Part shown: positions 9,385 to 17,852 of the stretch, in pieces
How positions within the stretch are numbered: the stretch's first letter is position 1
How the letters are laid out: every line of letters begins with the position of its first letter
Source: an uncultured Clostridia bacterium
GTDB taxonomy: Bacteria; Bacillota; Clostridia; Oscillospirales; CAG-272
Direction of reading: 5' to 3'
NCBI GenBank assembly: GCA_937884385.1
Contig: CALGCW010000221.1
Coordinates: 8,375-72,374, forward strand
Length of the DNA: 64,000 bases
Notes under the pieces: model-generated
Database searches by the model: none
The model's input: the letters and a program-made list of their open reading frames with translations, nothing else
What the model was told of the DNA's origin: nothing
Position numbers and translations under genes: made by a program

Positions 9385-9541
9385 GCTACACAAAACCGTA
9401 TAAATGGGATATGGCATCACATACTATAGGTGGAATTTGCAATTTTACCAAATTCAAAAATAGTATGCGAAAAAGAGGCATAATTATCCCTAAAAATAAA
9501 AATATACCATAACCCAGTTTATATATTCGATTTTGTGTAGC
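9385..9541 (-). other. Candidate structured RNA or small-ORF transcript: long imperfect rod-like hairpin
   Basis: The 5' arm is GCUACACAAAAUCG..UAUAAA..UGGGUUAUGGUAU. It pairs with the 3' arm AUGCCAUAUCCCA..UUUAUA..CGGUUUUGUGUAGC. Inner helices are CAUACUAU/AUAGUAUG and GAAUUUG/CAAAUUC. The unit sits between its own promoter and terminator. Confidence 0.45.
9386..9481 (-). CDS. Candidate 31-aa hydrophobic peptide (MPLFRILFLNLVKLQIPPIVCDAISHLYGFV)
   Basis: ATG at 9481 preceded by AGGGA with a 5-nt spacer, located in the large internal loop of the hairpin. The stop codon lies inside the closing helix. No homology recognised. Confidence 0.25.
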   Translation of the reverse strand: MPLFRILFLNLVKLQIPPIVCDAISHLYGFV

Positions 9542-9547
9542 ATATTT

Positions 9548-9576
9548 ATTATAGAGCATAAAGCGAGAAAAGTCAA
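9548..9576 (-). promoter_or_regulatory. Near-consensus sigma-A promoter driving the small hairpin unit
   Basis: Minus strand TTGACT (9576-9571), exactly 17 nt, TATAAT (9553-9548). The predicted TSS near 9541 coincides with the first base of the closing helix. Confidence 0.7.
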
Positions 9577-9584
9577 GCATAATT

Positions 9585-9622
9585 TTAAAAAAGGCTCTTC
9601 CAAATGGAAGAGCCAATTTTTT
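9585..9622. terminator. Intrinsic terminator of the MFS gene (hairpin usable in both directions)
   Basis: Stem GGCTCTTCC/GGAAGAGCC (9593-9614) with loop AAAT, flanked by an A-run and a T-run. Lies immediately after the MFS stop at 9621-9623. Confidence 0.8.
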
Positions 9623-10784
9623 ATTGCTTTTGTGTAGCTTGGAATGTTATTTCTATCATCAATGACATCAAAATAACAAATATCAAAATATAGATGGGAA
9701 AAATATCAAACCCAATTCCCTTTCCTAAAAAGCCAAATATTGGAGGGATTACTGTCGTTCCCAAATATGCGCTTGCCATTTGAATTCCTATGATCGAACC
9801 CGAGTTCTCCTCGCCAAAATTATATGGCGTTGAGTGAATTATACAAGGATAAATAGGTGCACAGCCAAGACCAATTATAACAAGTCCAACTAACGCTAAA
9901 ACTTCATTTTCTATCGGAATTATCATAAGAGCAATGCCCAAAAGGATAACCACGCTGCCAAGATTGATCATCTTTTTATCACCGAGCTTGTCCATAAGAA
10001 AACCGCCAAAAAATCTGCCCGCCGTCATCCCTATAAAAAACAGTGATGCATATGCTGCTGCGAATTCTTCCTCCATTCCCTTGGCTTCAACTAGATAAGT
10101 ACAAGACCATCCCATCGCCGTCGCTTCTGCCGCGCAGTATCCAAAGAAGGCGATCAAAAGCTGCGGAACGCCCTTTATCTTGAGGGCGGCTTTGATACTT
10201 ATACTATTGCTACTATTCTCTTCTTGAATAGTCTGGGATTTGTTAGTTTTCCAAAGCCTAAGAGAGAGCAGCAATATCAATCCAATTGTTAATTGGATTA
10301 TTGAAATTATGCGGTAACCGTTGTTCCAGTTGGAGTTTGTTAACGAGTAACTCATAACGAAGGGGCTAACTATCGTGCCAACGCCCCAAAAGCAGTGCAG
10401 CCAGCTCATATGTCTTGATGAGTAATGCAAAGCTACGTAATTGTTAAGTGCGGCATCAATGGCGCCTGCTCCAAGACCGTAAGGTATTGCGAAAGCAATG
10501 AGCATAAGTAGGTTGCTTGAAAATGAAAAACCAAGCAACGCAAATGCGGTCATAAATACGCTGACAACGGTCACCGTTTCAGTATTGAATTTTCTTGTCA
10601 ACTTATCGGATAATAAGCTTGATACTATAGTTCCTATAGAAATAACCGTGGAGATAATTCCCATATAAGATAGCGGAACGCCTATATCCGTATGCATAAC
10701 GGGCCAAGCTGACCCCAGAAGAGAGTCGGGCAACCCTAAACTAATAAATGCTAAATATATGATTGATATCAGTAATGTATACAT
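9621..10784 (-). CDS. MFS transporter
   Basis: 387 aa with about 12 predicted hydrophobic segments and a central hydrophilic loop typical of the major facilitator fold. Confidence 0.82.
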   Translation of the reverse strand: MYTLLISIIYLAFISLGLPDSLLGSAWPVMHTDIGVPLSYMGIISTVISIGTIVSSLLSDKLTRKFNTETVTVVSVFMTAFALLGFSFSSNLLMLIAFAIPYGLGAGAIDAALNNYVALHYSSRHMSWLHCFWGVGTIVSPFVMSYSLTNSNWNNGYRIISIIQLTIGLILLLSLRLWKTNKSQTIQEENSSNSISIKAALKIKGVPQLLIAFFGYCAAEATAMGWSCTYLVEAKGMEEEFAAAYASLFFIGMTAGRFFGGFLMDKLGDKKMINLGSVVILLGIALMIIPIENEVLALVGLVIIGLGCAPIYPCIIHSTPYNFGEENSGSIIGIQMASAYLGTTVIPPIFGFLGKGIGFDIFPIYILIFVILMSLMIEITFQATQKQ

Positions 10785-10847
10785 ATTTCACCTGCTGTTG
10801 TATTTGTACTGATTTATTATATCACATATTTTGAAAAAGTAAAGGGG

Positions 10848-12137
10848 TTAATTTACAACACTAATGGTTGCTTCAATGAATGGTCCAGATGGAGATAATG
10901 AAAACTGATAAGTTTGAGATATCCATTCTCCATTGTATCCTTGATAATGGCAATCTATTTGGAAAGAAGAACATAAGTCAGTTATATTATCAATTGTGAA
11001 GTAGCTGTTTATACCATCTTCAGCGAGAGTTAGCGCTTCTTTATTATAAGTAATATATAAGCGTTTATCTTCTAATAACAGTTTTGCATTTTCTTTGGTT
11101 AAATTTTCATTTGTAAAGTTATTTTTTTCAAATGCCCCATCTTGAGAAAAGTAATCGTCTATAACGATGAAGTCAAATACTTTGAAATCTAAATAATAAA
11201 GCTGGTTCTCTCCTTTATTTATTTGTGATTTTGTCACATTTTGATTATACAGGTCAGCTCTTTTAATGTCATCATTTATTACTCTCACAACTATGGAGAT
11301 TTCTACATTATCAACCCTTACGGTAATTGTGTACGTTCCTATAAAGTTGAATTTTAAAGTTTGATTGATGGAGTCATATTCAAATATTTCGTAATCATAA
11401 TTGGCGTAGGTTATTGTTTGTATTATATCAATACCATAAGAAATGGAGTTTCCATTTTCAATTGTGAACAATTGATTTAATGCAATAGTTTCAATGTTTC
11501 TTTTTTTAGCTTTTTCATACCCACTATCATCAAATACGATTGTATTACTTACTATTAACTCTCCATCAACATAGTTGAGTTTATCAGAAGATTCAATGTA
11601 GTTGCTGTTGACAGTAATAATTGGTTGTACTACATCATTTTCATCGTCTGATTCATCATCTCCCGGATTTGGCTCAACCGGTTCTTCTGGGTTGGTTGGC
11701 GCATCGGGAGAGGGTGTTTCTGCACCTGACTCCGAGTCATCCGGAGTAGGCACGTCAGGCTGTAACTCTCTAAACTCATCAGGAAGCGCCAAATGATCAT
11801 TAGTTAGCGTTTTAAGTAATTCAAACTGTTGATCCTTGGTATTGAATGCAATGGTATAACCGTATTTTTCCGACTGTACGGTTATGCTTTCCATTTCGGT
11901 GTGATATAGCATATCACTTAACTCGGCATCATTTTTGATAGCATCATTCTCAATAGAATACGCAAACATAAAATGATTCAACTGTGCAACCAATGCCTCA
12001 TCATTGGATACGGCGGCACGTTCGATAAAGCTCGTATATCCCACAACCGACACGGTGGCGAGAACGGCAAGAATTGCAATCGTCACAAGCAATTCTACAA
12101 GTGTAAATCCTTTTCGGATTTTGTGTTTGATAGACAT
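10848..12137 (-). CDS. Protein with prepilin-type N-terminal cleavage/methylation domain and a large C-terminal domain
   Basis: N-terminus MSIKHKIRKG|FTLVELLVTIAILAVLA is a class III signal peptide (G at -1, E at +5). Acidic Pro-rich linker PDVPTPDDSESGAETPSPDAPTNPEEPVEPNPGDDESDDEND. About 260-aa beta-rich C-terminal region of unknown function. Confidence 0.8.
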   Translation of the reverse strand: MSIKHKIRKGFTLVELLVTIAILAVLATVSVVGYTSFIERAAVSNDEALVAQLNHFMFAYSIENDAIKNDAELSDMLYHTEMESITVQSEKYGYTIAFNTKDQQFELLKTLTNDHLALPDEFRELQPDVPTPDDSESGAETPSPDAPTNPEEPVEPNPGDDESDDENDVVQPIITVNSNYIESSDKLNYVDGELIVSNTIVFDDSGYEKAKKRNIETIALNQLFTIENGNSISYGIDIIQTITYANYDYEIFEYDSINQTLKFNFIGTYTITVRVDNVEISIVVRVINDDIKRADLYNQNVTKSQINKGENQLYYLDFKVFDFIVIDDYFSQDGAFEKNNFTNENLTKENAKLLLEDKRLYITYNKEALTLAEDGINSYFTIDNITDLCSSFQIDCHYQGYNGEWISQTYQFSLSPSGPFIEATISVVN

Positions 12138-12187
12138 TATTTAGTCCTCCTATTTAATATTTATCCGTAGCAGGCACGGATGCTTCT

Positions 12188-12216
12188 ATTATAATATAAG
12201 AGTCGAATAATGTCAA
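12188..12216 (-). promoter_or_regulatory. Perfect consensus sigma-A promoter of the prepilin-like gene
   Basis: Minus strand TTGACA (12216-12211), 17 nt, TATAAT (12193-12188). The leader carries an ATCCGT/ACGGAT hairpin and an AGGAGG RBS. Confidence 0.75.
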
Positions 12217-12218
12217 AA

Positions 12219-12254
12219 CTAAAAACCACTTTTAATGAATATCACTAAAAGTGG
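12219..12254 (-). terminator. Intrinsic terminator of the cytidylate-kinase-like gene
   Basis: 9-bp stem CCACTTTTA/TAAAAGTGG with an 11-nt loop, then a U-run on the minus strand. Confidence 0.6.
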
Positions 12255-12270
12255 CTTAAAGCTTATTAAA

Positions 12271-12879
12271 TTAGAATATTTTTGCAATAACAGGAACAGC
12301 CTCTTTGATAACTACGTCAGTAGTGTTAAGGCAAAGATCGTAATTGCTCTTGTCTCCCCATTTATTACCCGTGTAGTAGTCATAGTATTTTGCTCTGTTT
12401 TTATCGATTGATTGAATTTGCTTCTTAATCTCTTTTTCTGTCAAATGCTTCTGCGAATCGGGATTGCGCTCAATACAACGTTTGATCCTGCTATCCATAT
12501 CTGCATAAACGAAGATTCTGAACGGCTTGAGATCCTTGAGAATAAAGTCCGCGCAACGTCCAACAATTACACAGTTTGATTTTTGAGCAAGTTCACGGAT
12601 GATCTCGCTTTGAGCAAGATATATTGATTGCTCTTGATTGAAATAAAAGGTGTCTGCAATGAACATACTCTGACCTATGGTTATAGGATAAAGATGGTGA
12701 GGCTTTCCTTCAAGAACCTCTTGCACATATTCCTGTGACATAGAAGTTTTTTCTGCGATAGCTGTTATTATTTCCTTATCATAGTATTCAAAGCCAAGCT
12801 CCTCTGCCAGTCTTCTTCCAAACTCTCTACCGCCGCTTCCAAATTCACGGCCGATCGTGATTATTTTATTCATAAGCAA
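12271..12879 (-). CDS. Cytidylate kinase-like family protein
   Basis: 202 aa. N-terminal IITIGREFGSGGREFGRRLAEELGFEYYDKEI is characteristic of the cytidylate-kinase-like (PF13189-type) family. Confidence 0.75.
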   Translation of the reverse strand: MLMNKIITIGREFGSGGREFGRRLAEELGFEYYDKEIITAIAEKTSMSQEYVQEVLEGKPHHLYPITIGQSMFIADTFYFNQEQSIYLAQSEIIRELAQKSNCVIVGRCADFILKDLKPFRIFVYADMDSRIKRCIERNPDSQKHLTEKEIKKQIQSIDKNRAKYYDYYTGNKWGDKSNYDLCLNTTDVVIKEAVPVIAKIF

Positions 12880-12905
12880 TCCCCCATCGTAAAGTTTATA
12901 TTAGT

Positions 12906-12934
12906 ATTATAGCATTTTTTATAAGCTTTGTCAA
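12906..12934 (-). promoter_or_regulatory. Consensus promoter of the cytidylate-kinase-like gene
   Basis: Minus strand TTGACA (12934-12929), 17 nt, TATAAT (12911-12906). Confidence 0.7.
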
Positions 12935-12966
12935 TAAAAATAGCTCAATCAAATTTGATTGAGCTA
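12935..12966 (-). terminator. Intrinsic terminator of the small P-loop gene
   Basis: 26-nt perfect palindrome TAGCTCAATCAAA/TTTGATTGAGCTA (12941-12966), followed by UUUUUAUU on the minus strand. Confidence 0.75.
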
Positions 12967-12975
12967 TATATTATA

Positions 12976-13383
12976 TTAGATGAATTTTCTCATAATATCT
13001 GTTGTATCTTCAGCAGCAATCGAAGAAGTGATTACAACGTTGACATCGCTCTTGAGTGCAAGAGCCTCGACTTCAAGCAAGAATCTTTCGAATGCAGGAA
13101 CATCCTCATTGCAGATCTTGAGGCAGGAGTCAATAAAGATATCGGTAACGTCATAGTTGCTTGCCAAAATACCTGCTACAAAGCCGAAAAGTGACTGAGC
13201 ATCAGTAACCAAATATTCAACAGTATCTATAAGTCTTATCTGGCTGTTAACGTCGTAGCGCAATTTGTTTCCCTTTTCGATGCAAACTACACAACCCTTT
13301 GTTGCCTGCTGTGCCGCATTTACCATCTCGATGAGAGCCTTTGTTTTGCCTGTACCTTTAACGCCAAGTATCAATTTCACCAT
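12976..13383 (-). CDS. Minimal P-loop NTPase, function unknown
   Basis: 135 aa. Walker A GVKGTGKT at residues 7-14 and a Walker-B-like DIFIDS. RBS GGAGG. Has its own promoter-like element (TTGCAA-17-TATAAT) and terminator. Confidence 0.6.
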   Translation of the reverse strand: MVKLILGVKGTGKTKALIEMVNAAQQATKGCVVCIEKGNKLRYDVNSQIRLIDTVEYLVTDAQSLFGFVAGILASNYDVTDIFIDSCLKICNEDVPAFERFLLEVEALALKSDVNVVITSSIAAEDTTDIMRKFI

Positions 13384-13522
13384 AATTAATTTACCTCCAA
13401 GAGTTCATTGAAGTATTAAACTTCTTCTATAAATTAATTATACACTATGTATCAATAAATTGCAAGTGCTTTTTTAAAAAATTAACTAAAAAATAGCACA
13501 AATCTAAAAGAATTCTTAAAGA

Positions 13523-14860
13523 TTAGATATTTCTGCTTTCCAATTCTTTTCTTCTCTCTTCATAACCGGGCTTGCCAAGCATAGCAAACATATTGTTCTT
13601 GTACTCTTCAACACCGGGTTGGTCGAAGGGGTTTACTCCAAGAAGATAACCTGACATAGCACAAGCAAGCTCAAAGAAGTAGATAAGATAACCGAGACAG
13701 TAAGCATTTCTTTCCTCAATCTCGATATGAATATTAGGAACGTCACCGTCGATATGAGCGAGCTGTGTTGCTCTCATAGCAGTTGCCTTGAGTTCATTGA
13801 GATCTTTTCCTGCAAGGAAGTTAAGACCGTCAATGTTTGCTTCATCGTATGGAATTATAAAATTGCTTTTTGTATCGTTTACTGAAAGAACAGTTTCAAA
13901 AAGCATTTTCTCGCCTTGCTGAATATACTGACCAAGAGAATGCAAATCTGTTGAGAAAATCAAGGATGAGGGGAAAATGCCCTTGCCGTCTTTTCCTTCG
14001 CTCTCACCGTAAAGCTGCTTCCACCATTCCTGAAGAGTGGTTGTAAAGGGCTCGTAACCTACAAGGATCTCAAGGTGCTTACCCTTGCGATAAAGGATGT
14101 TTCTCATTGCTGCATATTTATACGCATCATTCTGATGAAGATCGGGGTTAGAATAAGCAACTCTTGCGGCATTCGCGCCCTGCATTAGCGAATCGATGTC
14201 AACGCCTGCAACGGCAACGGGAAGGAGACCAACTGCAGTAAGAACTGAAAATCTACCGCCAATATCATCGGGAATAACGAAAGTTTCGTATCCCTGCTGT
14301 GTAGCAAAGGATTTGAGCGTACCGCGTGACTTATCGGTTGTAACGTAAATTCTTCTGTTAGCCTCTTCAACGCCGTATTTCTTTTCAAGGAATGCACGGA
14401 GTATTCTGAAAGCAACCGCGGGCTCAGTAGTCGTACCTGATTTGGAAATCACGTTTATGCAAACGTTTTTGTGTTCACAGATATAGAGAAGCTCATTGAG
14501 GTAAGCCGCGCTGATGTTACATCCTGCATAATAAATTGAGGGGGTGTTTCCTTTAGCTTCATTGTAGTTGATTGCGCTAAGAAATTCAATAATTGCCTTT
14601 GTACCAAGATAAGATCCTCCTATACCAATTACGATAAAGGCGTCACAATCGTTTTGAATTCTCTTTGCGGCATCCTTGATCCTAGCGAATTCCTCTTTAT
14701 CGTAGTTTTCGGGAAGATCCATCCAACCAAGGAACTTATTACCCGCACCGGTTTTTTCGCGGAGCATTTTATCAGCAAGTGTCACCATAGGTGCAATGCA
14801 TTCATATTCGTGTTCAGCAATGAACTTTTTTAAGTATTTGTCGTTTAATTTGAGTGTCAT
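13523..14860 (-). CDS. pgi: Glucose-6-phosphate isomerase
   Basis: 445 aa, short Firmicutes-type PGI. Motifs [18 protein letters not shown] and GGRFS. Confidence 0.93.
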   Translation of the reverse strand: MTLKLNDKYLKKFIAEHEYECIAPMVTLADKMLREKTGAGNKFLGWMDLPENYDKEEFARIKDAAKRIQNDCDAFIVIGIGGSYLGTKAIIEFLSAINYNEAKGNTPSIYYAGCNISAAYLNELLYICEHKNVCINVISKSGTTTEPAVAFRILRAFLEKKYGVEEANRRIYVTTDKSRGTLKSFATQQGYETFVIPDDIGGRFSVLTAVGLLPVAVAGVDIDSLMQGANAARVAYSNPDLHQNDAYKYAAMRNILYRKGKHLEILVGYEPFTTTLQEWWKQLYGESEGKDGKGIFPSSLIFSTDLHSLGQYIQQGEKMLFETVLSVNDTKSNFIIPYDEANIDGLNFLAGKDLNELKATAMRATQLAHIDGDVPNIHIEIEERNAYCLGYLIYFFELACAMSGYLLGVNPFDQPGVEEYKNNMFAMLGKPGYEERRKELESRNI

Positions 14861-14932
14861 ATTTATGTATCCCTTCTGTATTCAACTAAAAATTATTTTA
14901 CTACTTTTTTGAAAAAAAAGCAATAGTTTTTT

Positions 14933-16108
14933 TTATTTTATAACGAATTTTGACAAAATTTTAATGAACAATGCCCAATAATCTATTCTTTCAATGTTAA
15001 CCGTAGAAACTATGGGTGCTTTTCCGACAACTTTGCTGCCTACTTTGTATTCTACATACCCTATTTCATCGCCGATCGCAATTGGCGCGGAAACAGTATT
15101 TGGAAGCACATAGGTACTTTCTATCTTTTCTGTACTTCCCTTTTCTAACACTGTGGAAAAACTGCAGGCTTCTATTTGACAAAAACTTTCTGTGCCACCG
15201 AGTACTTTTATAGGAGAAAGCTGCTTTGAGGAAATGTCAAGTAATTCGTAATTGGCAAATCCCCAATTCAGCAATTTGGTTGCGATGCTGTTTCTGACGT
15301 CGCTGCTTGGAGCTCCCATAACGACACAAATAAGATGCATATTACCGCGTTTTGCAGTTGCGCTTATGCAGAATTTTGCTTTCGATGTCGAACCTGTCTT
15401 TAGACCTGTTGCTCCTTGATAGAAACGAACTAATCGGTTGGTATTAGTTAATGTGAATTCTCCGTTGCGTATCGTGTCCATCCACGTAGAACTGTACTTC
15501 AGTATGTCGTCATATTTTATTAGCTCGCGTGACATAATTGCAATATCTATTGCGCTTGTGACGTGCCTGGTGGCGGTATCGTCCAAGCCATTGGTGTTTT
15601 CAAAATTTGTGTTAGTCATTCCAAGTTTTTGAGCTTCTGTATTCATTCTTTTAACAAATGCTTCTTCTGAGCCGCAAATATGCTCTGCCAGAGCCACGGC
15701 AGCATCGTTTGCAGATGAAATAACGACGCTTTTTAGCATATCTTCTACACTCATAATTTCGCCTTCTTTTAAAAATACCTGCGACCCTCCCATAGAAGCG
15801 GCATATGCGCTTGTGGTGACCTTATCGTCATATTTGAGTTTACCGTCATTTATTTCCTGCATCACCAAAAGCAAGGTCATGATTTTTGTCACAGATGCCG
15901 GTGGCAGTGCTTTGTCCGGGTTTTTTTGGTATAGTACGGTTCCTGTGGTTGCTTCCATTAATACCGCACTTTCGCACTCAAATTCCATGCCAATTTCATT
16001 CTTTGCTTCCTCAGCTTTTGCTAAAATCGGTGCAATACATATGGATAGAACAATGACTAATAAAATGATTATTGATAGGATTTTTTTAAAAGTAAACAAA
16101 AAACTCAT
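14933..16108 (-). CDS. D-alanyl-D-alanine carboxypeptidase (PBP5/DacB-like serine peptidase S11)
   Basis: Signal/TM N-terminus, SxxK motif SVTKIM, SxN (SANDAA) and KTG (LKTGST). Confidence 0.88.
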   Translation of the reverse strand: MSFLFTFKKILSIIILLVIVLSICIAPILAKAEEAKNEIGMEFECESAVLMEATTGTVLYQKNPDKALPPASVTKIMTLLLVMQEINDGKLKYDDKVTTSAYAASMGGSQVFLKEGEIMSVEDMLKSVVISSANDAAVALAEHICGSEEAFVKRMNTEAQKLGMTNTNFENTNGLDDTATRHVTSAIDIAIMSRELIKYDDILKYSSTWMDTIRNGEFTLTNTNRLVRFYQGATGLKTGSTSKAKFCISATAKRGNMHLICVVMGAPSSDVRNSIATKLLNWGFANYELLDISSKQLSPIKVLGGTESFCQIEACSFSTVLEKGSTEKIESTYVLPNTVSAPIAIGDEIGYVEYKVGSKVVGKAPIVSTVNIERIDYWALFIKILSKFVIK

Positions 16109-16161
16109 ATATTTCCCTCTCTTTGCTTTTTTAGAAATATATGAGTTTTTATATGAAAATA

Positions 16162-17067
16162 TTACGTATTGAAATTATCTTCTCTTAGTATTCCTTCTAT
16201 TACGAGCGCACCGTCCGCGACAGCCGTAATTACCTGATATACTTCGCGCTCGCGTATATCTCCTATAGCATACAATCCTTCAATATTCGTCTTGCAATAG
16301 TTGTCCGTTTTAATTTGACCGTTATATGAGAGCTCAAGACCGTCTATTGAAAACTTCATATTGGGCTGTTCGCCAACGGCTACAAATAATCCTTCACAAT
16401 CAATTTTTTGGATGTCACCGCCCGTGAGAACCTCAATTCCATTAAGCGAATGATCAGCAAGAAATCGGATGACGGTGGAATTCAAAATAAGCTCAATATC
16501 GGGATTATTCTTAACTCGCTCGACAAGATAATTGGCTGCTCTGAATGAATCGCGTCTGTGTATAAGAAAAACTTTGCTGCATATACCTGCAAGGTAGATC
16601 GCTTGTGTCAAGGCACTATCCCCACCGCCAACGATCGCAACAGTTTTATCCTTAAAAAAGAATCCGTCACAGGTTGCACAGTACGATACACCTGTCCCGA
16701 CAAGTTCTTCTTCGCCGTCGATGCCGAGATGCTTATGAGATCTTCCGGTTGCAATAATAACGTATCTTGATTCAAATATATCCTTCTTTGTATATACTTT
16801 AAAGCAGTTTTCTGTTTTTTCGATGGAAACAACGGCTTTTTTTATTATAGAAATACCCTGCGACTTGACGTGTTCTCGGAAATTATTGTATAAGTCAACT
16901 CCGCTGATCGCAGTAAATCCAAGATAGTTTTCTATTTCAACAGCTTTTGTTAACTGGCATTCAGAGGGACCCTTATCAATAATTATTGCTGATAGCCCTG
17001 CACGCTTTGCATATATTGCGGCAGACAGACCCGCAGGTCCTCCGCCTATAATAATTACGTCATTCAT
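16162..17067 (-). CDS. trxB: Thioredoxin-disulfide reductase
   Basis: GGGPAGLSAAIYA FAD fold, redox-active CATCDG, GGGDSA NADPH fold. Start moved to the ATG at 17067 (RBS AAAGGAAAGGA). The track extension overlaps divIC. Confidence 0.88.
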   Translation of the reverse strand: MNDVIIIGGGPAGLSAAIYAKRAGLSAIIIDKGPSECQLTKAVEIENYLGFTAISGVDLYNNFREHVKSQGISIIKKAVVSIEKTENCFKVYTKKDIFESRYVIIATGRSHKHLGIDGEEELVGTGVSYCATCDGFFFKDKTVAIVGGGDSALTQAIYLAGICSKVFLIHRRDSFRAANYLVERVKNNPDIELILNSTVIRFLADHSLNGIEVLTGGDIQKIDCEGLFVAVGEQPNMKFSIDGLELSYNGQIKTDNYCKTNIEGLYAIGDIREREVYQVITAVADGALVIEGILREDNFNT

Positions 17068-17083
17068 ATTTTTATCCTTTCCT

Positions 17084-17377
17084 TTATTCAAAATAATAGA
17101 CAGTCTCATCAGGGTAGCAGAACCCCAAAAATCTTGCCATTCGTTCTTTGTATTCCTTGTTGATATCCGAGTTAAGAAGATATTCGAGTTCATCTATTTC
17201 TATAGACCTATTCTCTACTATTTCACGTAATCTTTTGTTTTCGGCTTCTATTTCACGGTATTCTATCATCTTGTTTAAAAAAGATATCAAGGCAATGACG
17301 AGCAAGAAAGCAACGAATAGCTTTACAAGAAAAGAAGGGAGCTTGTTAATTGGTATAGATTTTTCCTTTTTTTTCAT
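17084..17377 (-). CDS. divIC: Septum formation initiator (FtsB/DivIC family)
   Basis: Single TM segment followed by a coiled coil (EYREIEAENKRLREIVE). Synteny after yabP-yabQ. Start at the ATG at 17377, preceded by GGAAGGAG. Confidence 0.75.
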   Translation of the reverse strand: MKKKEKSIPINKLPSFLVKLFVAFLLVIALISFLNKMIEYREIEAENKRLREIVENRSIEIDELEYLLNSDINKEYKERMARFLGFCYPDETVYYFE

Positions 17378-17852
17378 TTTCTCCTTCCTTTCTTTGACTA
17401 ACTTCAATATTATTATACATCTTTAATTTGAGTTTTGCAATAGGCATAATAAAAAAACGGCAGATATACACAATTATTTTTTTGACAATCTTCATCAGAC
17501 TTCGTATTGGTATGACTATTATTGATACTATTTTGCAAACTATATTTACCGCTATCTTTACGGTTCGTCTGAAGAGGAATCTGAAAGCTGCATATCCGAG
17601 AAAAATAAAAAATGGGTACACTACACGGAATATGCCTCTGTTGGCGTAAAAAATGACAAGGATTATTGTTAGCGTTAAGCTTAGTAAAATAGCTATATCC
17701 ATAATTGTACGAATACTTCTCTTTGTTTTGGGATGTGAGGAAAAGAAGCTTTCACTAAAGAAAAGCAATGCATCATATGCAATTGACTGCATTCCACCGA
17801 TAACTATTATAACTAATGATTGTCGAAAAATATCGGATACGATCAAGTGCAT
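17346..17852 (-). CDS. yabQ: Spore cortex biosynthesis protein YabQ-like membrane protein
   Basis: 168-aa polytopic membrane protein. Its ATG overlaps the yabP stop (TAATG). Position between yabP and divIC matches the Bacillus/Clostridium arrangement. Confidence 0.65.
   Translation of the reverse strand: MHLIVSDIFRQSLVIIVIGGMQSIAYDALLFFSESFFSSHPKTKRSIRTIMDIAILLSLTLTIILVIFYANRGIFRVVYPFFIFLGYAAFRFLFRRTVKIAVNIVCKIVSIIVIPIRSLMKIVKKIIVYICRFFIMPIAKLKLKMYNNIEVSQRKEGENEKKGKIYTN

Noticed and set aside
9385-9541. Possibility that the rod-like hairpin is 6S RNA.
   Set aside because: 6S RNA has a roughly symmetric central bubble flanked by GC-rich helices. Here the large loop is almost entirely on the 5' side (about 36 nt versus 2 nt), and the helices are AU-rich. 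I cannot confirm without a covariance model, so it is left as unclassified rather than called 6S.
9386-9616. 76-aa ORF from the track spanning the whole intergenic hairpin unit.
   Set aside because: Its TTG start sits inside the MFS terminator hairpin, and the ORF runs through the TTGACT-17-TATAAT promoter. Only the distal 31 codons lie downstream of the predicted TSS, so the long form is not credible.
16162-17193. N-terminal extensions of track ORFs: trxB to 17193, galE to 4600, xseB to 39727, ribF from 42606, uvrA to 56058, metF from 46988, ABC ATPase to 9242, rnhA from 60883, yabP to 18157, divIC to 17407.
   Set aside because: In each case an internal ATG with a good SD matches the conserved protein N-terminus, and the extension overlaps the neighbouring gene or its promoter. 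Starts were trimmed accordingly.
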